A stretch of 37,043 bases of DNA from Nitrospirales bacterium (lineage in GTDB: Bacteria > Nitrospirota > Nitrospiria > Nitrospirales > UBA2166), in NCBI GenBank assembly GCA_012965905.1, contig DTRN01000064.1:1-37043 (forward strand). Reading direction: 5' to 3'. Under the pieces are notes generated by a model. The model saw nothing but the letters and a program-made list of their open reading frames with translations, did not search any database and was not told the DNA's origin. The translations under genes and the position numbers were made by a program. Positions 19,485 through 28,543 of the stretch are shown here, piece after piece (positions within the stretch are counted from its first letter, which is position 1; each line of letters starts with the position of its first letter).

Positions 19485-20485
19485 TGACAAGCAAGATCAA
19501 ACAGTCGAATAATACGCTTCTTCAGGTAGACAATCTCAAGAAGTATTTTCCCGTTCGTAGCGGAGTATTTTCAAGGATTGCTGGATGGGTGAAAGCCGTT
19601 GATGACATATCGTTCAAGATTTATGAAGGCGAGACGCTAGGACTGGTCGGCGAGTCAGGATGCGGAAAAACGACGGTAGGGAGAACTCTCCTTCGCCTCA
19701 TGGAGCCAACGTCCGGGACTGTCGTCTTCGATGGCAAAGACATCACAGCGATGGACACAGCACAACTTCGGCACACCAGGCCGCACATGCAGATTATTTT
19801 TCAAGATCCATACAGCTCCCTGAATCCACGCATGACCGTCGGATCAATCATTGGCGAAGCCATGAGCGTCCACGGACTCACCAACGGCCAAACACCGGCA
19901 CAAAGGGTCGCCGCGTTACTTGAGCACGTAGGTCTGTCCCCAACCTATCAATCCCGCTATCCCCATGAATTTTCCGGGGGACAACGACAACGGATCGGAA
20001 TTGCGCGAGCCCTGGCCTTGAAACCAAAATTTATCGTGTGCGATGAAGCCGTCTCGGCCTTGGATGTGTCAATCCAAGCCCAAATTTTGAACCTGCTTCA
20101 GGATCTTAAGGAAGAACACAACCTGTCCTACCTATTCATCTCCCACGATCTCCACGTTGTGCAACACATTGCGAATAGGGTTGCAGTCATGTATCTCGGC
20201 AAACTCGCGGAAGTTGCGCCTGTTGACGAACTGTTCAAAGCACCAAAACACCCCTACACCCAGGCCTTAATCTCAGCAAATCCCATCCCCGACCCAACCC
20301 TCAAGACAGAACGCATTCCCCTTTCCGGTGACGTACCCTCTCCGCTCAACCCTCCGTCGGGATGCCGTTTCCACACCCGCTGCCCCCAAGTCATGGACCA
20401 CTGCAAAACAACAGAACCACCACTGATTCAAATTGGGGAAGGAAAGACACAGCACCAAGTGTGGTGCCACTTATATAACGAGTGA
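19484..20485 (+). CDS. oppF: Peptide ABC ATPase F
   Basis: [33 protein letters not shown]...CHLY; ATG at 19484. Confidence 0.95.
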   Translation: MTSKIKQSNNTLLQVDNLKKYFPVRSGVFSRIAGWVKAVDDISFKIYEGETLGLVGESGCGKTTVGRTLLRLMEPTSGTVVFDGKDITAMDTAQLRHTRPHMQIIFQDPYSSLNPRMTVGSIIGEAMSVHGLTNGQTPAQRVAALLEHVGLSPTYQSRYPHEFSGGQRQRIGIARALALKPKFIVCDEAVSALDVSIQAQILNLLQDLKEEHNLSYLFISHDLHVVQHIANRVAVMYLGKLAEVAPVDELFKAPKHPYTQALISANPIPDPTLKTERIPLSGDVPSPLNPPSGCRFHTRCPQVMDHCKTTEPPLIQIGEGKTQHQVWCHLYNE

Positions 20486-20521
20486 CAGAAAAAAACCGTG
20501 CTTTGTGTGAGAGGGAATCCG

Positions 20522-20888
20522 TTACTTCGACAGCTTGGTAATTTTCGATCCTGCGAGGGAGAGGTCGTACATGAGGCCCTTGTTGGAAAAGATGAAGCCG
20601 ATGATGGGTTCTCGGGCAGTATTCGTACCGATCTCTCCACCAGCGCCTATGTCGGCAATCGCGACGCTCGCATCAACGCCCACTTCCCATCCGCCGCTGT
20701 GGCGGAATGATTCCAACACAAGTTCGGTCATGAAAAGAATGATCTCGGTTTTTACCTGCGCTCCCAGCTGAAACCCGATGGATGCCGCAGCCCAGCGCAT
20801 CTACTTCAGCTTTTGAAGCGGCGAATGACTCCGTGACACTGAGAAGCATCGTTATGACTACAGCGAAAATAACACAGATGTTTCTCAC
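20522..20888 (-). pseudogene. Ysc84/SYLF lipid-binding exported protein, internally deleted and frameshifted
   Basis: One frame (GTG 20888 after AAGGAG) gives a signal peptide plus AASKAEVDA. A second frame from about 20791 gives AASIGFQLGAQ...GWEVGVDASVA...FSNKGLMYDLSLAGSKITKL, a SYLF C-terminal half. The usual GVLVFP...KAG segment between them is absent. Confidence 0.75.
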
Positions 20889-20907
20889 GACCAGAAGTCT
20901 TCTCCTT

Positions 20908-21747
20908 TCATGAAATCGAAGCGAGGAATTTCTGATATAAACGATGGTAGATTTCACCAGGTTTGCCATCGCCAATTCGATGCTCGTCGACTGTTACTAC
21001 GGGCATAATCTCTATGGTCGTCCCGGTCAAGAAAACCTCTTGGGCACCCAACAGCATCTCCAGTGAGACAGGCTCTTCAGCAACTGTAATTTCGTTCGCA
21101 CGGGCTAAGTTTAACACCCAATCGCGTGTGATTCCCGACAGAATCCTTGGCCCTTCGGGTGGCGTGTGCAATACGCCATGTCGGACCACCATGATGGTGC
21201 TACTTGAGCCCTCGAATACAAACCCGTCCCTGACGAACAAGGCCTCGAACGCCCCGGCTTGCGTAGCGTGTTGCTTCGAAAGGATGTTCGGAAGCAAATT
21301 CAGCGATTTAATATCGCAGCGATTCCATCGGATGTCATCAACGGTGATTGTCGGAACCCCGCTTTCTCGAAGCTGTGGGTCCTCGAGATCGATTTCACGT
21401 ACGGTCATGACCCTGGTGAGGGGTGCGGAAACCGGAAAGCGATGATCACGTGGCGAGACGCCACGCGTTAACTGGATATAGATTTTGGCGTCAGCATACC
21501 CGCTCCGATCGATGCCTTCGCGAACGATTCTTTCCCACTCTTCATACGAAAGACGTTCGTCCAGCTGTATAGATGCAGCGCTGAGCTTGAGTCGATCGAC
21601 ATGTTCTCGCAGCAAATGCGGCGTCTTGTCATACACTCGGATGACTTCATAGACTCCATCACCAAACTGAAACCCTCGATCCTCAACAGACACGAAGGCT
21701 TCTGAAAGCTTCATGAATTCGCTATTGAGATAGGCAATATCAGACAT
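20908..21747 (-). CDS. dat: D-amino-acid aminotransferase (PLP class IV)
   Basis: Motifs EDRGFQFGDGVYEV, QLTRGV, RCDIKSLNLL, EGSSS, ILSGITR. Confidence 0.9.
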   Translation of the reverse strand: MSDIAYLNSEFMKLSEAFVSVEDRGFQFGDGVYEVIRVYDKTPHLLREHVDRLKLSAASIQLDERLSYEEWERIVREGIDRSGYADAKIYIQLTRGVSPRDHRFPVSAPLTRVMTVREIDLEDPQLRESGVPTITVDDIRWNRCDIKSLNLLPNILSKQHATQAGAFEALFVRDGFVFEGSSSTIMVVRHGVLHTPPEGPRILSGITRDWVLNLARANEITVAEEPVSLEMLLGAQEVFLTGTTIEIMPVVTVDEHRIGDGKPGEIYHRLYQKFLASIS

Positions 21748-21758
21748 GTGGTTTGACC

Positions 21759-22058
21759 TTATGATTTCACAGATACAACGTAGTCACGCCGCTTGATGGC
21801 GGTAAAACGCCAGCCCAACCGTTTCTCAAATGCCAGTTCATAGGTCCCAGGCTGATCAGCCTGAAACTGGAATATCCGCGTTCCAGAATCATTGATGGTT
21901 CCGCCAGATTTTCGCTCGAAATCATCATCGATGAGCAGCATCTGCTCCGAGTCATAGGTTGATACCCACAGTTCACCACGCGTCCGATCTTCCCACAGAC
22001 GAATCTCAAAGGTTTCTCCAGCCTTTGCGGTTATGGTTTTTTCTTGTCGATCATTCAT
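21759..22058 (-). CDS. Chagasin/I42 protease-inhibitor-like Ig-fold protein
   Basis: About 99 aa from MNDRQEK: GETFEIRL, G..W, GTRIFQFQA..PG...L.F....W. Confidence 0.65.
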   Translation of the reverse strand: MNDRQEKTITAKAGETFEIRLWEDRTRGELWVSTYDSEQMLLIDDDFERKSGGTINDSGTRIFQFQADQPGTYELAFEKRLGWRFTAIKRRDYVVSVKS

Positions 22059-22467
22059 CGTTCTGGACACAGGGGCGAACCAGTTTTCCGGACACGCCCC
22101 CTCGGGCTCCGGCAAAATTCGTAAATGTCCCATCCATCACCCCGCCTGTGCGTCGGAGCAACATGCTTTCTTCCGAGAAACCACCTGGAAAATCCCACCG
22201 AATATACACGGTGTTCCCGTTGACAATAAGTTTCGACGGAACTGGGCCTGCATTGGGATTTGGGGGAACCTGTAACACATACTGATATTCTTTATGATTC
22301 AACATATTGTGGACATGCATCTCCCATACACCACAAATCTTTTCCAGCCCGTGCCATTCGGTCGTAATTTGTGTCATGCCTTTTTCTTCGGCTCCAACGC
22401 CAAGAGGGAAAAGGAGAATACAGCCGATAATACATACACCGCCGATGCTACACAATCTCGCAATCAT
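22051..22467 (-). CDS. Hypothetical exported protein
   Basis: Signal-like N-terminus from ATG 22467; beta-rich mature part with a Cys near each end; its stop overlaps the next start. Confidence 0.65.
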   Translation of the reverse strand: MIARLCSIGGVCIIGCILLFPLGVGAEEKGMTQITTEWHGLEKICGVWEMHVHNMLNHKEYQYVLQVPPNPNAGPVPSKLIVNGNTVYIRWDFPGGFSEESMLLRRTGGVMDGTFTNFAGARGGVSGKLVRPCVQNDE

Positions 22468-22504
22468 GTTTCTACGCTGACTCCTCTGCGATGGTGAGTA
22501 ATGA

Positions 22505-23572
22505 TCAGACGTCCTGTTCCTTCCCAGGAAATAAACCGCGAGGCAGCGTAGAATCATACCCATGCAAGAAAAAATTGACCGCATAGCCTATCCCCTGCGA
22601 CCACAATCCATACACAACATCAAAACCTGCTTCTCGCTTCAATGGAATAAATCCTTCCAGCGTTACCGGCCCGGTATATCCCCATTCCATCGCAGGAATG
22701 GTTTGAAACTCATCCGGGGTACCGTCGCGATCATTATCCCTCATGACCGTCGTCACCTGAGGTGCGTTCACCACATCAGATAGGGATCCGTCAATACCCA
22801 AGACCAATTGGAGCACGACACCTCCATCCTTGCCAATGGAGGTTTTGAGACGTCCTTGACGATTCCCTGTTGATCCTGCACGGTAACTGGTGGCAATCGC
22901 TCGATGCGGGCTTTGCTTAATCACCTCGATAAGATCGGTATATTCCACATGCCACCACTCAACTTGCCTAGTATCCGCCGCGACGTCATCGTCCAATATC
23001 TCCAATTCATCATCATGAAAGTATTTCCTGAATCCTGCCCAAAAATCCCGTTGGAGTTCCTTCTCACTCACGGAAGACGTTGTTTTTAGGAACCACCGGT
23101 CGTAGTCATTTTGCACCCCAGTGAGCACATACATTTTGGTCTCATAATCAAATGCATGTTTCATCACCCACCATTGGCCCGTATCTGCCAAAAACGTAAG
23201 GAGCGGCGCAGCGATCAGCAGGAAACACCCGAGTAAGAATTTTTTCATGCGTGGCATTTGACCCGGCAGGGGTCGACGCACGAGCCGAACCATCTCGTAG
23301 ATGAGCACCGCACCGAGCAACAGACTCGCAATCGCAAGCACTTCCCACACCGGCGTACCCACGACCGTACCCACTGAAAGCCACTTTGACGGGTGGGTGA
23401 GCATAAACCATCCTAATTTGATGCCTTTGATCCCATTTCCAAGATTCACCAGGATAAGGATAATTCCAAGAGCCACAGCTATCAACACTGCGGCAGCCTG
23501 ACAAACCATCACCCCGATGGATTTCATGAGGACGGTGCGCCGCTCAGTGTCTGCGTTCGCTTCAATCGTCAT
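22505..23572 (-). CDS. Hypothetical membrane protein (3 N-terminal TM helices plus soluble domain with DxDxDG motif)
   Basis: Long ORF with hydrophobic segments and RDNDRDGTPD. Start uncertain (23572 or 23527); the track start at 23677 overlaps comM. Confidence 0.65.
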   Translation of the reverse strand: MTIEANADTERRTVLMKSIGVMVCQAAAVLIAVALGIILILVNLGNGIKGIKLGWFMLTHPSKWLSVGTVVGTPVWEVLAIASLLLGAVLIYEMVRLVRRPLPGQMPRMKKFLLGCFLLIAAPLLTFLADTGQWWVMKHAFDYETKMYVLTGVQNDYDRWFLKTTSSVSEKELQRDFWAGFRKYFHDDELEILDDDVAADTRQVEWWHVEYTDLIEVIKQSPHRAIATSYRAGSTGNRQGRLKTSIGKDGGVVLQLVLGIDGSLSDVVNAPQVTTVMRDNDRDGTPDEFQTIPAMEWGYTGPVTLEGFIPLKREAGFDVVYGLWSQGIGYAVNFFLHGYDSTLPRGLFPGKEQDV

Positions 23573-23585
23573 CGGGTCATCTACC

Positions 23586-24398
23586 CTACGCGACAAGCCG
23601 CCGGTCAAGGTTTCGATACTGGATCGCTTCAGCAGCATGTTGCAATTCGATGTCAGCCTTTCCCTCAAGGTAGGCAATCGTTCGCGCCACTTTCAATACG
23701 CGGGAAAACGCTCGCGCAGACAGACCCAGTTTATCGATCGCACGTTCAATCATCTCTCTGATGTTTTTCGTAATCTCGCAATATGTTCGCACATGTCGCG
23801 GCTTTAATTGTGCGTTGCAGTATACCCGTTCCCTAGCATACCGCTCAGCTTGGATCTGGCGAGTCTTCACCACTCGCGTTCGAACGGCGGCAGACGGCTC
23901 CGCATCGGCTGGTTGTGCCACCTCATGGGTGCTCACAGCAGGAACGTCAACATGCATATCAATCCGGTCAAGAAGCGGCCCCGAAACGCGCGAACGATAC
24001 CGACGGATCTCAACAGGGGTACATCGACACGGCCGCTGGCTATCGCCTAAAAATCCACAGGGACAAGGATTCATCGCCCCAACCAACACGTAATCACGAA
24101 GTCGATCCCCATCAATGGCACCGTCAGCGACAAGCAGACCAACCGCCATGGGCAGGTCAAATCCTGCCCCTTCTTTTTTAATATCTGCCGGGGCTAGATT
24201 GATGGTGATCCGCTTTAATGGAAACTGAAACCCCGTATTCTTCAATGCTGCTCGGACACGATCGCGACTTTCCTTCACCGTGGCATCCGGGAGTCCAACA
24301 CCCGAGAACATGGGCAGGCCACTTCCCAAATCGACCTCAACCTCAACAAGGTGCGCATCTAATCCGGAGACATCTGCGCCCATCACCTTTGCAATCAT
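23586..24398 (-). pseudogene. comM: ComM/YifB Mg-chelatase-like protein with in-frame deletion of the AAA+ core
   Basis: N-terminal VGLPD...ESRDRVRAA...INLAPAD..KEG..FDLP joins directly at DYVLVG|AMNPCPCG to C-terminal SGPLLDRID...LSARA...VARTIA. 270 aa versus about 500 aa typical; no Walker A or B. Confidence 0.85.
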
Positions 24399-24654
24399 AG
24401 TTCCCTCGGCACTTCGTCACCAAAAAACCGCCGGAGTATAACAGCCTCAGCCCATCGCGTCATGACACAACATTGCCTACAATCAGATTCAATTAAGCAC
24501 TAGGTGTTATAAACGGGGCAGTGACTAGGATGCCGGCAGACATGATCTGTCGGATGCCTTGTGGCATAACACGAAAACGCCGTTGATGCACCAACTTTGG
24601 GGTTATTCCCGAACGGTACAGGCCAGCAACCTTGCGAATGTGGGTCCTATAGAA

Positions 24655-25443
24655 TTACGACGAATAGCTGATTTCTGCTTTTGTAGCCAGGACTGCTCTC
24701 CCAGAAATTGTGATTCTTTCACCCTTGTCTTCACAAAACAGCTCCCCTCCCCGATCAGAGAGTTGCTGTGCGTGCAACGTGGCTTTTCCCAGGCGAGCAG
24801 CCCAATAGGGAACCAACGTACAGTGTGCTGATCCGGTGACCGGATCTTCGGGAATCCCGGCGTTCGGCGCGAAGAATCTGGAAACAAAATCGACGGATTT
24901 TCCAGGAGCCGTCACGATTATGCCCAATACATCACGAACCTGTGACAATACTTGAAAGTCAGGTTTCATGTTTCGGATCGCTGATTCATCTTCGAATACG
25001 GCAAGCACGTCTCGTGATTTCAGAACTTCGCTCGGTGCAACGCCAAGCCCGTTGGTTAGGGTTGCACTGGATGCTGCTTTTTCTGCCGGCCTTGCGGGAA
25101 AGTCCATCGATAGGAGATCACCACGCTTCTCAACGTGTAATATGCCACTGTCAGTCTTGAAATTCACATGTGAAAGGCCTGTGGCGACATTCGAAAAAAT
25201 AACAAAGCCACTGGCCAGGGTGGCGTGCCCACATAAATCAACTTCTACCTTTGGCGTAAACCATCGCAGTTCATATTCAGAGCCGCTTCCGACGAGAAAC
25301 GCGGTCTCAGAGACGTTGTTCTCACACGCAAGTTTTTGAAGTGATTGATCATCCAACCAGCCTTCAAGAAGGCAGACCGCGGCGGGATTCCCCTGTAATC
25401 CCACACCGGTGAATGCATTCACCTGAAACATCGGGATTTTCAC
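24655..25443 (-). CDS. PhzF-family isomerase/epimerase
   Basis: Motifs GNPAAV, SETAF, LRWFTP..EVDLCGHATLA, EDPVTGSAH. Confidence 0.93.
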   Translation of the reverse strand: MKIPMFQVNAFTGVGLQGNPAAVCLLEGWLDDQSLQKLACENNVSETAFLVGSGSEYELRWFTPKVEVDLCGHATLASGFVIFSNVATGLSHVNFKTDSGILHVEKRGDLLSMDFPARPAEKAASSATLTNGLGVAPSEVLKSRDVLAVFEDESAIRNMKPDFQVLSQVRDVLGIIVTAPGKSVDFVSRFFAPNAGIPEDPVTGSAHCTLVPYWAARLGKATLHAQQLSDRGGELFCEDKGERITISGRAVLATKAEISYSS

Positions 25444-25597
25444 GCCGTGTATGACATTCCAATAGCAGAACCCAGGTTACCCGGCGATTGGCCACCTCGT
25501 TCAGCACAACAACGACGCCCCGGTCTCAAGTCTGGCTCTCCACGTTGACGACGTTATTCCTGCACATCCTTTAAGAGAAGGTGTTTGCGCCCATCGG

Positions 25598-26221
25598 TCA
25601 ATGCAGCCCCCCTTCGAGGAAACGACGGACTTCAATCACCTTCCCTATAATAGAACAGTGCCCTGGCAATGGAACAATGGGCTTAAAATTATTATTTGAA
25701 GGATGCAGTTCAATCCGCTGTCGACGAATTTTCAGAGTCTTGATCGTTGCCTCATCATCGACCAGCGCGACGACGATATCACCCGATTCCGCTGTGGGCT
25801 GCGATCTGACAATTGCAATGTCCCCCGGAAGAATTCCAGCACCGGTCATGCTTTCGCCACGTATCCGAAGACCAAAAATGCCTTCGGCCGTCCTGGTCCG
25901 CATCGGAATGTGCCCCTCGATATCTTCGATGGCCGTCGCCAATGCCCCTGCTTGAACTCGCCCAAGAATCGGGATGAGTACTGGAGGAGGTCCTGTCGTC
26001 TCCCCTGCTGGAAGACTGTAGCCTCGTGCAATGCCTGATTGCTTGGCCAGGCGGCCTTCGCTGACAAGCCGTTCAAGATGTTCGCGGGCCGTTTGGACTG
26101 CACGAAAACCAAGCGCGTCCTGCACCTCCCGCACCGTGGGCGGAAGCCCGCACTCAAGCCGATCTCGAACAAAGCGATACACACGCTCCCGGGTTTTTCC
26201 TGGCGGGGTATGAGGTGACAT
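25598..26221 (-). CDS. lexA: LexA transcriptional repressor (LexA2-like)
   Basis: PPTVREV winged HTH, GRVQAG cleavage site, GESM (catalytic Ser) and ATIK (catalytic Lys). Confidence 0.93.
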   Translation of the reverse strand: MSPHTPPGKTRERVYRFVRDRLECGLPPTVREVQDALGFRAVQTAREHLERLVSEGRLAKQSGIARGYSLPAGETTGPPPVLIPILGRVQAGALATAIEDIEGHIPMRTRTAEGIFGLRIRGESMTGAGILPGDIAIVRSQPTAESGDIVVALVDDEATIKTLKIRRQRIELHPSNNNFKPIVPLPGHCSIIGKVIEVRRFLEGGLH

Positions 26222-26256
26222 TCACCAACCATACCAGACAAATGTCTTGTTTGCAA
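26222..26256 (-). promoter_or_regulatory. Sigma70 promoter of lexA with palindromic operator; probably leaderless
   Basis: Minus strand reads TTGCAA-(17 nt)-TATGGT-(6 nt)-ATG. The spacer holds AGAC-ATTT-GTCT (26236-26247). No clear SD. Confidence 0.7.
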
Positions 26257-26277
26257 GAGGAAGGAAAATATGAGTGT

Positions 26278-27060
26278 TTACGACGTCACAGCCGACTTTG
26301 GACGAGTGGTGAACTCCGGCAACATTCTGACAAGGTGAAATGCATACGTCTGAACCAGCACCCACAATCCATATAATCGTCGTGGGCCGGAGACTGGGTT
26401 CATGAGGACGTATTTGGCAATTTCTGAAAGTGGAGGACGCCCCGTGTGTACGTTCATCGCGCCGAGTTCTGGCAATGGCAAGGCCGGCGTATCGACGACG
26501 ACTCGCGCGACCACCCATGGTATGTCCTGCTCGATAGCCGCTCGCGCGATGCCATAACTTTCCATATCGACCGCGATGGCCTCGTGGTGTTTTGCGATTG
26601 CGGCTTTTTCAATGGCACAGTGTATTGGGTCATCGGCAACAGTCACCAATCGCCCCTCGTGCCACTGCGGGTTCTGTTGGAGAGCATGGCAGAGACGATT
26701 CGCTAATGTGTCGTCTGAACTCTGGACGGATTTGAGCGTCGGCCATTTCTCGTCGGCCTTTCCAATAGCACGCACATCTCCAGTGACCACCCAATCAGCA
26801 ACGTTCAGGCCAGGGATCAATGCCCCACACGTTCCAGCAGAAAGCACGTATTCCGGATTGAATCGTGTAATCGCTTCTGCCGTGGCCTGATATGCCTGCT
26901 CAGGCCCAACGCCGGTGGTAACCGTAATAATTCTTGTGTCATTAGAGAGAACACCTTCATACCAGGCTCGCGCCCCGTTCACAGGCGTGGCGTGGAGCCC
27001 CTTGACGACGGGCCGCATCTCGTCATCACCTTCGATAAGTATTAAAAGAGATTTCATCAA
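26278..27060 (-). CDS. Nucleoside phosphorylase-fold protein (HpnG/MTA-SAH nucleosidase-like)
   Basis: Motifs TGVGP, SAGTCGAL, AVDMESYGIA, ARVVVD; directly downstream of hpnA. Confidence 0.75.
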   Translation of the reverse strand: MMKSLLILIEGDDEMRPVVKGLHATPVNGARAWYEGVLSNDTRIITVTTGVGPEQAYQATAEAITRFNPEYVLSAGTCGALIPGLNVADWVVTGDVRAIGKADEKWPTLKSVQSSDDTLANRLCHALQQNPQWHEGRLVTVADDPIHCAIEKAAIAKHHEAIAVDMESYGIARAAIEQDIPWVVARVVVDTPALPLPELGAMNVHTGRPPLSEIAKYVLMNPVSGPRRLYGLWVLVQTYAFHLVRMLPEFTTRPKSAVTS

Positions 27061-27068
27061 TGATTCCT

Positions 27069-28052
27069 TCAGATCATCCCCTGTTCACGAAACCATGCGA
27101 TCTCTTCTTTCAATGACTCTCGAATTTGACCGGGAGCATACCCGAGTTCGCGTTTGGCTTTTTCGATGCTGACGTAATGTGGATATTTCCCCATGCGCAC
27201 CGAAGCCAGGCAGGCCAACGGTTCCTTATTGGTGAGTCGCCCGGTGATCTCGCCCATCACACCACCAATCAGGGTCAGCGCGTATGGGACCTTCACCTTC
27301 GGCGATGGCACACCCGACAACTCTCCCAATATATCGAGAAAGCCTTTCAAGGAGATATTCTCTCCTCCAATGATGTATCGCTCCCCTACTTTTCCTTTTT
27401 CTGCCACCAGACAATGTCCTTCTGCCGCATTCCGAACATCCACCACATTCAAACCCGATTCGGTGTAGGCGGGAAAATTCCCTTTAAGAAATTGAACCAC
27501 CGTATGGCCAATCGGCGAGGGCTTGGCATCGCCAGGTCCAATGGGCGCAGTCAGGTTGATGATGGTCACGGGAAGTCCGTCCTTTGCCGCAGCCACGGCG
27601 ACACGGTCCGCTTCCAGCTTGGAAAGTTCATACACTCCAACCGCCTCATGATCGTCCTTTAACATCGTTTCGTCTGCAGACGGCGAGTTCTGGCCACGTC
27701 GAAGCACTGCCGCAGTGCTGGTATGAATGATTCTCTGAACCTTTGCTTTGCGTGCGGCAGAAAGCACGTTACGCGTCCCTTGCGTATTGGCGGCTCGCAT
27801 CGCCTCCGGATCCCTGGTAAAAAATTTGACGTTTGCAGCCAGGTGATACACCTGTTCACAATCCTGAACCGCATGCTCCAAGCTAGGAAGATCGAGAATA
27901 TCGCCGTGCACGATGTCGACCTGCTGCCCCTTCAGCCCAGCGTGATCTGAATCCTTGCGCACCATCGCGCGAACGCTAGCCCCACGTTCGACAAGCCGCC
28001 GACACAGATGTGCACCGACAAAGCCATTGGCTCCAGTAACTAGAACATTCAT
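27069..28052 (-). CDS. hpnA: Hopanoid-associated NAD-dependent epimerase/dehydratase (HpnA/DFR-like)
   Basis: TGANGFVG, YHLAA, YELSK, PIGPGDAKPSP, GLNVVDV, GERYI, KAKRELGY. Confidence 0.8.
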   Translation of the reverse strand: MNVLVTGANGFVGAHLCRRLVERGASVRAMVRKDSDHAGLKGQQVDIVHGDILDLPSLEHAVQDCEQVYHLAANVKFFTRDPEAMRAANTQGTRNVLSAARKAKVQRIIHTSTAAVLRRGQNSPSADETMLKDDHEAVGVYELSKLEADRVAVAAAKDGLPVTIINLTAPIGPGDAKPSPIGHTVVQFLKGNFPAYTESGLNVVDVRNAAEGHCLVAEKGKVGERYIIGGENISLKGFLDILGELSGVPSPKVKVPYALTLIGGVMGEITGRLTNKEPLACLASVRMGKYPHYVSIEKAKRELGYAPGQIRESLKEEIAWFREQGMI

Positions 28053-28081
28053 TGATTTTCCTTATTGATACGAGAATGCAC

Positions 28082-28531
28082 CTACATCCGCATAATGAAA
28101 TAACACGCCTTATTTAACCCGCCCAACCAACTTTCGTCGTGGAGTGTAGCCGCTTGACGACTCAGAAATCCAGCATGACGTATCGCAACGATTGTTCCTG
28201 CAAAGCTTTTAGAAAAATCGACCGTCACGATGGTCTCGTCAGCCAACTCCTGCGGTTCTTCGATGGCCCAGTTCAACACCATAGATTTCGGCCGTTCGAT
28301 TGAGGTGAATGCACCTGATACGGTGTACAACATGTCCTCACGATTATTCTCGCACTTGATGCGGAATGGTTCTCCAACGCCCGTACTCCCCTCGCACACC
28401 TCAAGCGTATGTATCCACCATTTGTCCCAGAATGCGTGATTGTCAAAATACCAAAAGACCGTATCGACTGAAGCCGGCACGTCCTTTGATACCGACACCG
28501 TAAATTGATTGTCGCACTCTTCTATGGCCAT
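28082..28531 (-). CDS. SRPBCC/AHSA1-domain protein
   Basis: VSGAF..IERP...VLNW, ETIVTVDF, GTIV.I.H.GF, H...W pattern. Confidence 0.7.
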   Translation of the reverse strand: MAIEECDNQFTVSVSKDVPASVDTVFWYFDNHAFWDKWWIHTLEVCEGSTGVGEPFRIKCENNREDMLYTVSGAFTSIERPKSMVLNWAIEEPQELADETIVTVDFSKSFAGTIVAIRHAGFLSRQAATLHDESWLGGLNKACYFIMRM

Positions 28532-28543
28532 CGATCGACGTTG

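Noticed and set aside
24564-25559. attC-like GCAYAAC...GTTATTC elements flanking phzF (24564-24608 and 25504-25559)
   Set aside because: They are only 45 and 56 nt, inner pairing is poor, the cassette-end boxes are not complementary and there is no integrase. IntegronFinder would settle it.
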